A stretch of 64,000 bases of DNA from Kiritimatiellia bacterium (GCA_040767085.1 JAXGPF010000003.1:256001-320000); one strand, 5' to 3'. Positions 19,941 through 30,909 are shown, counted from the stretch's first letter. Notes: a model not told the origin generated them from the sequence alone. Numbers and translations are program-made.

Positions 19941-20162
19941 ACTGGTCTGATTTTTTCAAAAAGGTGATTCTTCGCTGCATAGTTGCGGTTGCTTTGGAAA
20001 ACGAACACTCGATCGGCCTTTGGAGTTTCAAAGGTTACATGTCCGGCTCGCAATTGTCAACTGTGCGGCGGCTGTGATGCAAACATCATCATCGAAAAAG
20101 ACGGGGCGGCGCGGACCGCGCGCTGCCTTTTTCAATCAATTTGGTTATTTCTCCTGCGTACT

Positions 20163-21860
20163 CTATGTGTCCTTCGTGGTTAATATTCCCCGGGAATCGG
20201 ATTTGAATACCGCAAACGATACCGGCGGCATGATTATGCCGGCGGCCTGCGCCGACTTCCGCTCCAGCCGGCCCTCTCCAAGCACGCATTGCAGCTCTGG
20301 TCCCTCAAATTCGAATGCGGCGCGTTGCTCCCGTCCCGAGGGATTCAAGGCGATGACGAATAACTCGTTGCCGGCGGAACGTTTGTAAACAAAGGGATAA
20401 CCGCCTTGTTCGCGATACAATATATCCAAACGCCCGTCCGCCTGGAGCGCGCGATGCCGCTTGCGTAAGGCAATTAACTTGCGGGTAAAATTAAGCAGGG
20501 AATCCGGGTCGGCATCCTGGTCGGACACCGCCGGGCGGTCGGCAACGGGATCAAGCGGCAGATATAATTGACTCGCCGGCGCCCTGGAGAATCCGGCGTT
20601 GTCGGTCCGATCCCACTGCATCGGCGTCCGCGAGCCGGCGCGCTCACCGAAAAAAGCGCCGTTCGCGGAATAAAGGGTGCTGCCCTCCTTGCCGGCGACA
20701 TCCAGAAAACGCATGCCGATTTCATCGCCGTAATACAAAACTGGCACACCCGGCCAGGTGAAAAAGAAGGCATGCATGACCTTCAGATCGCGGGCGCCGC
20801 GCCCCCCGCAACAAGGCCGTTGAAAATCGTGGTTGGCCGTGGGAAGCGCGATATAGCCACTGCCGTTGACCGCCCGGTTATGCGCCAGATATTCCGACAG
20901 GAATATATTAATGTCCCCGGCGCCGCCGCGGTCGAAATAGCAGGGAAGCTTCTGTTTAAAAGTTCCCTCCGTATTAAACGCCAGGCGGCGGTAGCTTTCC
21001 ATGGTATGCAGCATGAAGTCAATATGGAACCCGGCATCCACGGCCAGCATGGGAAATCCCCACTCCGCAATCAGCACGCCCTCCGGATAACCAGACTCAA
21101 ACCAAGCCCTGATTTCCCGCCAGAGCCGGCGATTGGCGGTGCGCAGCCGGTCATCGTCCTTGACCAGGCTCGCCGCCATATCCACCCGGAACCCCGCGGC
21201 GCCGCGCTCCATCCAGAACCGCATGATGGATTTCAGTTCCGCGCGGTTGGCAAGCGGGCCGGGGGCGTCCGCGGCATCCTGCCAGGGTTCCCGCGGCCGG
21301 GCATACCCGTAATTCAATGCCGGTTGAAACCAGAAAAAGTTTCTGACATAACTGTCGCGCGGCGGGGAATTTTCATCCGGGTAATTCCGGTCTCGCCAGA
21401 TAAACCGGCTCGAATATTCGTTCGGCGTCCTGCGCGCCGACGTCTTGAACCAGGGATGTTCGTTCGAGGTATGGCCGGCCACCAGATCCAGGATCACCCG
21501 GATGCCGCGCGCGGCGGCGCCGTCACAGAACCGTGAGAAATCCTCCATGGCGCCGTAGCGGGGCGCAATTTTGTAGTAATCGCTGACATCATAGCCCGCA
21601 TCGCCGAAAGGCGACTCAAAGCAGGGATTAAGCCAGATGGCGGTCGCGCCCAATGACTTGATATAATCCAGCTTGCCGGTCAGCCCGGGAAAATCGCCGA
21701 TCCCATCGGCATTGGAGTCGCAAAAACTCTGCGGGTAAACCTGGTAAATTACCGCGTCATGCAGCCACAACGGAATACGCCCGGGCTCGCGTTCGCCGGG
21801 TACCGCGGGCGTTATTGAAGGCGGCGCGTTTGATCCTGTTTTAACGGTTTCACGTTTCAT
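20163..21860 (-). CDS. GH13 alpha-amylase-family glucosidase
   Basis: YQVYPQSF.DSN.DGIGD, DAGYDVSDY, DLVAGH, GFRVDMA, NHD, YYGDEIGM, RTPMQW. Confidence 0.92.
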   Translation of the reverse strand: MKRETVKTGSNAPPSITPAVPGEREPGRIPLWLHDAVIYQVYPQSFCDSNADGIGDFPGLTGKLDYIKSLGATAIWLNPCFESPFGDAGYDVSDYYKIAPRYGAMEDFSRFCDGAAARGIRVILDLVAGHTSNEHPWFKTSARRTPNEYSSRFIWRDRNYPDENSPPRDSYVRNFFWFQPALNYGYARPREPWQDAADAPGPLANRAELKSIMRFWMERGAAGFRVDMAASLVKDDDRLRTANRRLWREIRAWFESGYPEGVLIAEWGFPMLAVDAGFHIDFMLHTMESYRRLAFNTEGTFKQKLPCYFDRGGAGDINIFLSEYLAHNRAVNGSGYIALPTANHDFQRPCCGGRGARDLKVMHAFFFTWPGVPVLYYGDEIGMRFLDVAGKEGSTLYSANGAFFGERAGSRTPMQWDRTDNAGFSRAPASQLYLPLDPVADRPAVSDQDADPDSLLNFTRKLIALRKRHRALQADGRLDILYREQGGYPFVYKRSAGNELFVIALNPSGREQRAAFEFEGPELQCVLGEGRLERKSAQAAGIIMPPVSFAVFKSDSRGILTTKDT

Positions 21861-23871
21861 GCCGGACTCCCGCAAGGATAAATACTTTCAACTTAAACGG
21901 CGGAATCTCCGCAGTAAAAACCACCGCGCCTTTTTCCTGCTGCATGGCGGTCACCGCGCCGCCCAGCAACTCCCTGACCGCGCGACAATCCCGGGCCAGG
22001 TGCGCCGGCAGTCTTATCCGCCCGCGCCATGCATCCGGAGAGTTATTGCTTAAAGTCAGGAGCATGTCATTGGCGCGGATATTCACAAGATATTCCACCG
22101 GCGGCCCCTCAATTTCCACCGGCATCAGCGGTTGGAACGCATGATCCAGCACATGCCCGCAGATGTTCATAAAATTATAACAGCCAATCTCATGATTGTA
22201 ATGCGGTGTGGTAACCCAGATGCTGCCCCGCCCCGTTTGCTTGCGCAGCGCCAAGGGGTCCTTTTCATCCTTGTTGATGGCGATTATCTCGGCGTTTTGG
22301 GGCGCTACCGCGGTATACTCGTAATTGCCCTCCGGCAAGGCCTGCCCGCAGATTTTACATACCGAATCCTGCTGGGTCCAGCGCACCCGGCTGAGGATTG
22401 TATATCCGAACAGCCGCGTCAGGTCATCCGGAACCTGCCGGACATTGACAACCAGCGTTCCGCCGTCTTCGGCGTAATTTAACAATTTTTTACACAACAC
22501 CCGATTCAACATCAACCGCCCCAGAATGACCACCGCGCCGTATTGCCTTAGAATCCGCGCCGGGCAATTTTCCAGCACCACATCGAATGAATCCCCCCAG
22601 CGCGACGCGGCCAGGGCTTTTTCGAACGGCCGGACATCGAATCCCTGCCGGATTTTACGCTGATAATCCCGGTTGGACTGCCATGGCAGTCCGGGATGAA
22701 AGGTTTTCATGAACTCATGCCCGACATCAAGGCAGCCCGGGAAGGCGCATTTAAAGAAATTCTCGATCATGAAATCGCCGTGTTCATACGGGACCTTGTT
22801 ACCCCAGACCTGGTAACGATACTTCCAGCGCGGCGCGTCCCAGCCATGGTCGTGTTCCAGCATCAGCGCCACCGGTACATGCGGGCGGCCCCGATCAGGG
22901 CATTCTGCTTTGACAAACCGCATGAACCGTTGCGCCATCCGACCGGCGGGCGAAAGCCGGCGTTGGCGCTGCGGCTGCCGCCAGAAGGCCGTATCCGTCA
23001 TCTCCTGCATGACAAAATCGGCGCCGGAAAGGTAGCCCAGCATCCAGAACCGGAACATCAAATCCGCGGTCGGTCCATTGACGCATTTACCCGACGCCGT
23101 GTAATGCACCGGCATGCGCAGACCGCACACCGCTTCCCAGGCGGAAATGTCCAGCCCCCAGCGGCGCCGATACTGCCGGGCGGCGCCCCGGGCGAAAGCG
23201 ATCCCGAACTGGTAATTGGACAGGCCATTGCCGCGTTCCAACCAGATGGAATCGAAGCCCCACTCCAGGTAATGATGCAGCAGCATCGTGCTGGCGGCAT
23301 GCGCGATGAAATGCATGGGCTTTCCCGGCAACCCGCGCCGGATATACTCCGCCAGGCTGCCGCCGGGGAGCAAAGCCGACTTCAGTCGTTTCAAGGGACC
23401 GCCGCCTTTGACCGGCGGCAATTTATTCATTGGTTCTTCGATCAGCCATTTTTTATACCAGGCCGCCGCCTCGCGCCGGCCGCGAAAATATCCGGGGTGC
23501 GCATTCCAGTTGCAGCCGGTGTCGCGCTCGCCGAAGGCGCAGCCCTGGAATTTTAATCCATGCTGCCGCATTTTTTTCACCGCCAACTGAAATCCGCGAA
23601 CGGAAAGCCGGAACAAATCCATGATGAGCATGTCGGAGTTGGCAACCAAACCGTCAATTTCACCGCCGGTCAGGCCCCAGGCATCGCTCATGATCCTGAA
23701 GCCAGTGCCCAATTGATGCCGGAACACATGCCCGGCTTCGGTTTCAATCTCCGCGGCTTGCCGCTGCAGTTCGCGCCGGTTATTTTTATCCTCGTATTTC
23801 GGCCCGGCAATCTTGTAATTCGTGAAATATTCGCCGATGAATGCAAAACTGTTTTTCTGTTTCCTCTTCAT
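21850..23871 (-). CDS. hypothetical protein, probable glycoside-hydrolase-like
   Basis: 673-aa ORF overlapping the GH13 gene. C-terminal region resembles GH42-type trimerisation/beta-sandwich domains. No firm family. Confidence 0.6.
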   Translation of the reverse strand: MKRKQKNSFAFIGEYFTNYKIAGPKYEDKNNRRELQRQAAEIETEAGHVFRHQLGTGFRIMSDAWGLTGGEIDGLVANSDMLIMDLFRLSVRGFQLAVKKMRQHGLKFQGCAFGERDTGCNWNAHPGYFRGRREAAAWYKKWLIEEPMNKLPPVKGGGPLKRLKSALLPGGSLAEYIRRGLPGKPMHFIAHAASTMLLHHYLEWGFDSIWLERGNGLSNYQFGIAFARGAARQYRRRWGLDISAWEAVCGLRMPVHYTASGKCVNGPTADLMFRFWMLGYLSGADFVMQEMTDTAFWRQPQRQRRLSPAGRMAQRFMRFVKAECPDRGRPHVPVALMLEHDHGWDAPRWKYRYQVWGNKVPYEHGDFMIENFFKCAFPGCLDVGHEFMKTFHPGLPWQSNRDYQRKIRQGFDVRPFEKALAASRWGDSFDVVLENCPARILRQYGAVVILGRLMLNRVLCKKLLNYAEDGGTLVVNVRQVPDDLTRLFGYTILSRVRWTQQDSVCKICGQALPEGNYEYTAVAPQNAEIIAINKDEKDPLALRKQTGRGSIWVTTPHYNHEIGCYNFMNICGHVLDHAFQPLMPVEIEGPPVEYLVNIRANDMLLTLSNNSPDAWRGRIRLPAHLARDCRAVRELLGGAVTAMQQEKGAVVFTAEIPPFKLKVFILAGVRHET

Positions 23872-23888
23872 ATCACCTCAATAAAAAA

Positions 23889-24292
23889 GGTTCCTCGCCA
23901 GAAAATGCGGATTGAATAGGGAATTCACCACGGAGATACGGAGGCACGGAGAGGAAACGCATGGCGCGTTGCATGCCATGCTCCGGTGCTCTCCCGGAAC
24001 GAGTGTTGCGCGAATTTGGCGCAGGGCGATCCCATCCTGGCCTGCATGGATTAGATCCAATGATCGCCCTGTGCCAAATTCGCGCAACGCCTCCACTGGA
24101 GCACGGGAGGAGTATGGGGGAGACTGGGCTTCTCTGTGCCTCCGTGTCTCCGTGGTGAATCTGCTGTCGGTCAGCGGTGTGTTCGTTCGGATACAAATCA
24201 GTATATGCGTCGCTATTGTCGTAATAAGCTTTACTGCTACATATTAAAGCATTCATCTTAGATTGGTCTCCCATAGATTATGCGGAGCAGCC
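23889..24292. mobile_element. 404-bp non-autonomous ISL3-type MITE with 8-bp target duplication
   Basis: Ends GGTTCCTCGCCAGAAAATG... and ...CCCATAGATTATGCGGAGCAGCC resemble the ISL3 IRs. Flanked by ATAAAAAA at 23881-23888 and 24293-24300. No transposase. Confidence 0.8.
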
Positions 24293-24305
24293 ATAAAAAA
24301 CAATA

Positions 24306-27300
24306 TCAAGGCTCGAATTCCGTGGGTTCCTCGCTCTTTTCCAATTGCAGCGCGTCCAGCCAGACTGCCGCCGCTTCGCCTTCATGCGGCGTCACGGAAA
24401 ACCAGATGCGCGTCGGCATCCGGATACGCCAGGAATACCTTTTCCAATCAGCGGACAACATTACCGTTTCGGCCAGCTTGCCGCTTTTGATCTGGAATTT
24501 TACGCCGGGCCGGTCGGCCTTGATCCAGATGGAGAAGAGATAGTCAATCTCCGGATCGCCGTTGTACGGATCGACATATTCCCCCTGGCTGATTGCCAGG
24601 CCGGCATAATCCCCTTGGGGCGCCATGATCTTCAAAGATTGTTTGCCATGCATGCGCTGTGTATCGTCCAGGAGGTAGCGTTTCTCCATTTCCGCGCGCC
24701 CATAGCGCACGGGGATGTAATAATCCGGCCAGCCGGGAAACGTGCTATCCTCAAAGCTGGGATTGGCAATCATGTTCTTTTTGCCAGTAAAACGCGCGAA
24801 GAGGGGCGCTTCCGTCAACGCCTGTTCCGGATGCGGCGTCATTTCCACCCGCCAGTCCGGCCGGGCATTCCCGGACGGCGCGGATTCGCGCCAGACATAC
24901 ATGCGCGTCGCCAAAGGCGCCAGTTTTTCTGTCAACCGCCCATCGGCAACCGCCATTTGTCCGTCCTCGAGCAACCGGTCAACCGCGGCAACATCGGCCA
25001 ATGACTGACTGGTGAAGCTCGCCGTCACGGGATAGTTGGCAATATTGACTGCCAGCAGCAGGCAACGGCCGTCAGGATAGCGGAAAAAGTTCATCAACAC
25101 GTCCGGAACAATCCCCTTGCCAATGTCAAACTCGCCGGGGGTGTATTCGATCGCGCCAGAGGCCGCATCCCGCATCAAGGCTGGAGCCAGCACTTGAATT
25201 TCACGCGCTAACCGGCTGAGGGTATCCCACATCAGACCGGTAAATACCGGGGCATTGAAATAAAACATGCCGCGCGCGCCGTTAATCAATCCCAGGTAAG
25301 TCTGGCAGCGCTGCTCGGACGGCAGTATGAAACGCTTGTGGGTCATATAAAGGCGTTCGCCCATCAGCAAAAGCCAGAATACTTTTTTCTCGGCATGGCA
25401 GCGCCGGTTGATCAACGCCGTCTCTTTTGCCAGCCATTGCATGCCGTAATTGGAACCGCCGCCGGTGCTGAGATAACAATCCACGCACAAAATATCCAGG
25501 AAGGACGTGGCCTGCGGCACGTCAGGAACACTGCCGCCGTAAACATACAGCAAAGGATGATATCCGTCGGTTTCGTTCAATGTTGCCTGCGCCAGCTGTC
25601 CGGCGACATCCTGCCCCAGCAGCGGAATAATCGGCTCATCGTAAATGAAATAAGCCAGCAGGTTCTCATGCCGCATGGCATGCCTGGCGACTTCGCGGTA
25701 AACGGGCAGATTGCCGCGCACGGTTTCGGTAAACAGCCAGGTAGCCTTCTGGCTGCCCAGCCCGGCGGTCCCGGAAAGTTCCGGGCGTAGAATCAACTCC
25801 TTGGAGGGGATGCCCCATAAAACGTTATTCGTCGGGTCATACCGGAATTCCGGTTGGCGTTTGATTTTTTCAAACAATTCGGCGCCCAATACATTGGCGG
25901 CGTCCGGCACCGGCGTCATGCGGTCAAATTTGTCCGGGCGTACCACTACCTGGATGGCCTGCCCGGCGGCGGTCTCGAGCAATTTTTCAATCCAGGCGGG
26001 CTCATCCGCGTTGGGTGAGGGAATAATGGCGTTCATGCCGGCTTCCGCCATGGCCGCCATGTAAGGTTTGTCGTTAATAACTCCCCACAGCCCCATCGGG
26101 AAAAAAGGCGCGTTGTTTTTCAAGATACACAACCGCTCGAGATCAATTTTTATTTCGCAGCCCGGCCTGGGCGGCCGCCGGACGCAAGTCAATTCCTGCC
26201 CGGCAATGCAGCGCCCCTGATTGTCGCGCAAATCAAGTGTAATCTTGTGCCGGCCTTCCGGCAGCAAATTCAACGGGATCGCCAGTTTGGCCCGCACGCC
26301 GGGGTTTTGCATGGCGGACAACTCGCCCCCTTTTTCATCCAAAGCCCGCAGCACCATGCCAGGCAAAATATCCGCCGGAAGGTTGATTTGCGCTATGGCG
26401 AAAGCGCTCGATTCATCGGTATAATATGACCGATCCAGATAAGCTTCGAAAATATTCAGGGCATCCGTATTGACAATCTTATCCGACTGCCATACTTCGC
26501 GGCCGCCGGGCTGCCGCATGGCAACCCGCACCGCGCGCTTCCCCATGGCCGCAACCGGGACCGGCATCTTTACCGGCATAATCGCATCACCCTGCAAGTC
26601 ACTCAACCTTTTATGTTCCCGGGGAATGCCGCCGGCCGGCTGGTCAATCACCGCCAATTCCACACGGCCGGACGGGCTGGTGCGCGTGAATAATTCCAGC
26701 TCAACATCATAAAATGACTGCCCCGCGGCCTGGTAATAGGCGCCCACCCGCGCATTGCGGAATCCGGGCAGAAACGGCGCATTGAATTCGTGCCCGGCAA
26801 GGTTAAGGATCCGGCCGAATTTGTCCGGGTCGGACCAGAAGCGGCGGCGCACGGGCGCCCAACTGAACATGACGCGTTTTTCATCAACTTTAACATGCAT
26901 CTGGTCGTAAAGCGGGATCACGCAGTGAACCATAAGGTTCAGCCGGGCGCGCGCCAAATCCAGGGAACCTGCATCCAGCATTAATGCAAACGGCAAAGCA
27001 ATTTCAGCCTGCCAGCCGGCATCGGTAATTTTGGCCGCCGAACGCCAGGGGATATCCCATGCTGTATCGCTGCTCGCCACGATCGAATTTTTCTGGTCCG
27101 ACTGCACATTGCCCGCGCTCAGCCGGAAGTGGTACCAGGGGTTAAAACCCGTTCCCGGGTCAAACAGCACCTTGACGCAATCCTCAAACTGCACCCGGCC
27201 GTCGCGCTGCTCCACCTGCGGCGCTATGCTGCCGGCATAGGGATGCGCCACTTTGAAGGCAACGTAAAGCCATTGCGCATCCATGGCCACCCATGCCTGA

Positions 27301-27506
27301 TGACTGTTCGTTTCGCCGACCGGCCCGTCCTCGCCCACGATGAACCAGTGTTTAATCTCCGCCGCATCCCGCCAGCAATCATCGGTTAATCCGCCGTCAA
27401 TCAGCGGCGGCATCCGGCATGCCGGAATGGCAACGGATGGGATTTCCGCGGCGTGAATTGAAATACATGCCAAGATAGCGGCAATGATGATGCAAAATTG
27501 TTTCAT
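24306..27506 (-). CDS. secreted CBM9-like + TIM-barrel GH-like + C-terminal CBM protein (paralogue 1)
   Basis: PLIDGGLTDDCW..A, GWQAEIALPF, PFFPMGLW, YFIYDEP, GARGMFYF, NMIANPSFE, WLDALQLE. Confidence 0.75.
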   Translation of the reverse strand: MKQFCIIIAAILACISIHAAEIPSVAIPACRMPPLIDGGLTDDCWRDAAEIKHWFIVGEDGPVGETNSHQAWVAMDAQWLYVAFKVAHPYAGSIAPQVEQRDGRVQFEDCVKVLFDPGTGFNPWYHFRLSAGNVQSDQKNSIVASSDTAWDIPWRSAAKITDAGWQAEIALPFALMLDAGSLDLARARLNLMVHCVIPLYDQMHVKVDEKRVMFSWAPVRRRFWSDPDKFGRILNLAGHEFNAPFLPGFRNARVGAYYQAAGQSFYDVELELFTRTSPSGRVELAVIDQPAGGIPREHKRLSDLQGDAIMPVKMPVPVAAMGKRAVRVAMRQPGGREVWQSDKIVNTDALNIFEAYLDRSYYTDESSAFAIAQINLPADILPGMVLRALDEKGGELSAMQNPGVRAKLAIPLNLLPEGRHKITLDLRDNQGRCIAGQELTCVRRPPRPGCEIKIDLERLCILKNNAPFFPMGLWGVINDKPYMAAMAEAGMNAIIPSPNADEPAWIEKLLETAAGQAIQVVVRPDKFDRMTPVPDAANVLGAELFEKIKRQPEFRYDPTNNVLWGIPSKELILRPELSGTAGLGSQKATWLFTETVRGNLPVYREVARHAMRHENLLAYFIYDEPIIPLLGQDVAGQLAQATLNETDGYHPLLYVYGGSVPDVPQATSFLDILCVDCYLSTGGGSNYGMQWLAKETALINRRCHAEKKVFWLLLMGERLYMTHKRFILPSEQRCQTYLGLINGARGMFYFNAPVFTGLMWDTLSRLAREIQVLAPALMRDAASGAIEYTPGEFDIGKGIVPDVLMNFFRYPDGRCLLLAVNIANYPVTASFTSQSLADVAAVDRLLEDGQMAVADGRLTEKLAPLATRMYVWRESAPSGNARPDWRVEMTPHPEQALTEAPLFARFTGKKNMIANPSFEDSTFPGWPDYYIPVRYGRAEMEKRYLLDDTQRMHGKQSLKIMAPQGDYAGLAISQGEYVDPYNGDPEIDYLFSIWIKADRPGVKFQIKSGKLAETVMLSADWKRYSWRIRMPTRIWFSVTPHEGEAAAVWLDALQLEKSEEPTEFEP

Positions 27507-29410
27507 GGCGCAAATTCCTCCCGTACTACATCAACCAACTCCGGATTATCCCGAAACGTTTCAAAAAATGCCAGCATGATGCCGTTGGCGCCGACCGAGC
27601 CGGCAATTCGTATTTCCCGGCGCAGCCGCTCGGGCGTTTTTAATTTGTCGCCGCCATACGCGCCGATAAACGGAACGAACCGATTCAAGCCGAAGTGCTT
27701 GCCCGACTCACCCTGATAAGCTTCGCACAGATCCAGGATTTTGCCGTAAGACCAGAATGGCTTGTAAAACCACGCTACCGTCTGGCCGCTGTAATCCACA
27801 TGTAATTTTGCCGGATACAACGGATTCAAATCGAAATCCGGGTAGATATGGATGGCCAGCTTCAAATCCGGCTTGATTTTCAACAATAATTCCCGCGCTT
27901 GCCGGGTCCATTCTACCAGCCGGGATTCGGAATAATGCGTCAACACTTCCCTGGCATCCATTTCCGGGTGGGCTTCGGCGAATTTCAGGCGCTCCGCACG
28001 CGAGTAATCGCAAAAGCAGGCGTAATAATTGCGGTAACCGAGATAATCCAAACCGATGCCATCCAGATCGTATTTCGAAAACAATTCGGTTAAATACCTG
28101 GCTTCTTCCGGGTCCAGCCCGCGGTCGGGGCACAGCCAATCGCCGGAATGGGCATTAACACGATCGGGCGTAACGCGCGGCATTTTGATTGATTGCGCTT
28201 CCCAGGGCTGGATTGTCTGCGCCAGTTCGGGATGTTGCTTGATATATTGCTGATCCATCGCCCGCAGATTGATCGTCCAGGCATAAACCTGGATATTTTT
28301 CGCCCGCGCGGCGCGGATCAGTTCGCCCAACGGATCAATGGTCATACCATCGGGTTTGGGATAAATATCGCTTTCATAACAAACCCGGCCGTGGCCGGCG
28401 GAAGCTGCGGCAATAACAACATTGACATGCATTTTCTCCAGCGTAGCCACCAGATTACTGACAGATTCCAGCGTCAGCATGTCCTTATGGTGCACCCACA
28501 TCGCGCGCCATGCAAATTCCGCTTTCGGTATATACGCGGTTTTGGCTGTTTGCGCGAATGTCCGTTCGGCCTGGAAAAGAAGCCCGCCCCACTTGTCCGG
28601 ATTGTGACAATCGCGGACGCCGATCACCGGCCAGGTCCAGTAACTGGCCTGGCCGTCACGCGCGGCATAACGGCGTCCGAGATGGGCCAGCCACCGGTCG
28701 CCGGGCCGCGGCGGATAATTCTTTCTCTCTGCCAGGTGTGTCAGAGCGGCTAATGGAATGGCGACTTCCGCCTGCCATCCGTCGTCAATGTCATACGGGT
28801 CGTTCAGCGTCCCCCGGGTGATCACGGCGCATTGCATTCCTTCACAATTCCATTCCGGCACATCCGGATTTTCAAAGTGTTTTACTCCGATGCGGTCGCT
28901 GACTTCCCTTTTCCAGGGGGACTTGTGCCACTTATCGCAGATTTTGCCCAGGGGATTGATATGGATTTCCGTGTAGCGCTGCCCCAGGCCGTCCGGTGCG
29001 AGGTATATCTTGAAAAAACTTTCCGTATACGCCTGCTTGCGCTTGCCGGGGTTTTGCCACCCTTCAATTTGCAATCCCATGGGATCATCCCGGACGATTT
29101 TGGCGGCCCAGACATCCGGATCGCCGGCGGCCATGGCAAAATACAGGCATTCATCATCCCATAACATCCGGGCGGTTACCGGGTAACGCGCCGGGGAGCC
29201 GTCGGCCATATCCGCGAACACCGGCGACGGTTCGGCGTCCCGCCAGGCGGCCTCGTCAAATTGGCCATCAATCACAATGGGAGTTGACGCCTTATAAACC
29301 GCATATTCCGGCGGGTTATCTGGCGTAGTCTCCGCCGCCAAGGCAATATCAGCCATGGCAACCAAACCGGCAAATCCAATTATCTTTTTAATTCGATTAT
29401 TATCGGTCAT
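27503..29410 (-). CDS. CBM9-like domain + GHL10/DUF187-like glycoside hydrolase
   Basis: IVIDGQFDEAAW, MLWDDECLY, GWQAEVAIP, then RAMWV, DPLGELI, YDLDGIGLDY. Confidence 0.75.
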   Translation of the reverse strand: MTDNNRIKKIIGFAGLVAMADIALAAETTPDNPPEYAVYKASTPIVIDGQFDEAAWRDAEPSPVFADMADGSPARYPVTARMLWDDECLYFAMAAGDPDVWAAKIVRDDPMGLQIEGWQNPGKRKQAYTESFFKIYLAPDGLGQRYTEIHINPLGKICDKWHKSPWKREVSDRIGVKHFENPDVPEWNCEGMQCAVITRGTLNDPYDIDDGWQAEVAIPLAALTHLAERKNYPPRPGDRWLAHLGRRYAARDGQASYWTWPVIGVRDCHNPDKWGGLLFQAERTFAQTAKTAYIPKAEFAWRAMWVHHKDMLTLESVSNLVATLEKMHVNVVIAAASAGHGRVCYESDIYPKPDGMTIDPLGELIRAARAKNIQVYAWTINLRAMDQQYIKQHPELAQTIQPWEAQSIKMPRVTPDRVNAHSGDWLCPDRGLDPEEARYLTELFSKYDLDGIGLDYLGYRNYYACFCDYSRAERLKFAEAHPEMDAREVLTHYSESRLVEWTRQARELLLKIKPDLKLAIHIYPDFDLNPLYPAKLHVDYSGQTVAWFYKPFWSYGKILDLCEAYQGESGKHFGLNRFVPFIGAYGGDKLKTPERLRREIRIAGSVGANGIMLAFFETFRDNPELVDVVREEFAP

Positions 29411-30818
29411 TTTCTTCTTCGTGTCCGTGGTTAAATTTTCCGGCATCCCGATTTATTGCAACCAATCTCATATCCACCTTCATCCAGGACGAAACCGGCT
29501 TGAAAAGTTTCGGCGTCGCCGGTGCGTATCCATCCGCCTGCACGTTAATTTCATACTCGAAATCCGTCCGTTCCGGCGGCGCATTGGTGTTTTCCGCCGC
29601 GCGCACGCGATATTCGGCCAACACAACCGCACCGGCGTCTCCGCGCCCGGGCGTCATGCCGGCCGCATCGGTTACCCCTTCCCAGCGTGTAATGGCGTTC
29701 AAATCATGGTCATCGGCCAGCAAGCGGCAAACCACCCGTGCATTTTGAATGGGGCGGCGGTCTTCATCCGTGACCGCCATCCTGACATGCCGGTGGGATA
29801 CCAGGGCCGGCAACCCGCGGCCTTCCCGGGTTTGGCGTTCATTGCGTATCAGGTCCGGCAATGTGCCCCGCCCAAATTCGCAATCCACGGCATTCACCAC
29901 GCTGCCGGCAATCGTCAAGCGCAGGTTTTGCCGGTTGCCTTCGAACAGACAGTCGTACAATTCGGCATGAATGGGACCGCCCCAGTCCCGCACCGCGGAC
30001 TGTAAATCGCGAAAGACACAACCACGGGCCACCCACCCGTAATTAATCATGGCCGAGCCGCCATGCTCGAAAACGGTCTGCGCAACAATTGAACAATCAC
30101 GATGCAGCCCGTAAGTTGCCACTCCGTTAAACCAGGCAATTACGGCATTGCTTAACACGACGGACTCGCCGTAGAGCAAACCTCCGGCAAAGGCATGTTT
30201 GGCATCTTCCCTTGCCGCGGTAATGCGGCTGTTGTAAACGTGCAACTGGCCGCCCTGCGCGGCATGACGTGAAAACTTTTTTCCGCCAGCCGCCAAGGCC
30301 GGGCACTCCCTGACATAGAGTCCGTGCCTTTTGTCCGGCGCGGACTCGATTTTCAATACCGCCCGCGCGGCCGGCGCCCCGGGAACGCCGAGCGTCAGCC
30401 GATTGACGCAATGCGCCGCATCCCTGGGATTTTCACCCTTGATCCGGAAGGGATAAACAATCACATTACCGTTAACCACCATGGTTTCTGCCCGGTTGTC
30501 CTTATCGCCGAGTTGGAAATAAGTCCGGGAGCCGTCATTCCACCCGACCTGCAAATCGGCATCCACCCGGTAATCGCCATTGCTCTGATTATATGTCACA
30601 ATCCCCCAGTTGTTCATCCGGTCAACCCGCAATAAGGTTTCGGGCCGGCAGGGATTGGATTCCGGGTAGCCGGTCACCCGCAAGGTATTGGCAGCGCGGT
30701 CAAAAACCACGCCGGCCATAACAGATGCGGTGTTAAATAATAACGCCGAAATAAGGATTTGCCGCAAGACCAGCAGTAAAGATCGCGCGGCAACCCCGTG
30801 AATAAAACTCGTTTTCAA
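29400..30818 (-). CDS. secreted hypothetical protein (beta-helix-like, with C-terminal beta-sandwich)
   Basis: 472-aa ORF with a hydrophobic N-terminus, overlapping the next gene. TTG start uncertain. Confidence 0.6.
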   Translation of the reverse strand: MKTSFIHGVAARSLLLVLRQILISALLFNTASVMAGVVFDRAANTLRVTGYPESNPCRPETLLRVDRMNNWGIVTYNQSNGDYRVDADLQVGWNDGSRTYFQLGDKDNRAETMVVNGNVIVYPFRIKGENPRDAAHCVNRLTLGVPGAPAARAVLKIESAPDKRHGLYVRECPALAAGGKKFSRHAAQGGQLHVYNSRITAAREDAKHAFAGGLLYGESVVLSNAVIAWFNGVATYGLHRDCSIVAQTVFEHGGSAMINYGWVARGCVFRDLQSAVRDWGGPIHAELYDCLFEGNRQNLRLTIAGSVVNAVDCEFGRGTLPDLIRNERQTREGRGLPALVSHRHVRMAVTDEDRRPIQNARVVCRLLADDHDLNAITRWEGVTDAAGMTPGRGDAGAVVLAEYRVRAAENTNAPPERTDFEYEINVQADGYAPATPKLFKPVSSWMKVDMRLVAINRDAGKFNHGHEEENDR

Positions 30819-30909
30819 TCATCCGCTCCACTTTTTCTCCGTGCTTCCGCGCCTCCGTGGTGAATTCTTATTATTTTGCCCACAGATTCCGCGTAACACC
30901 CGCTTTAAC

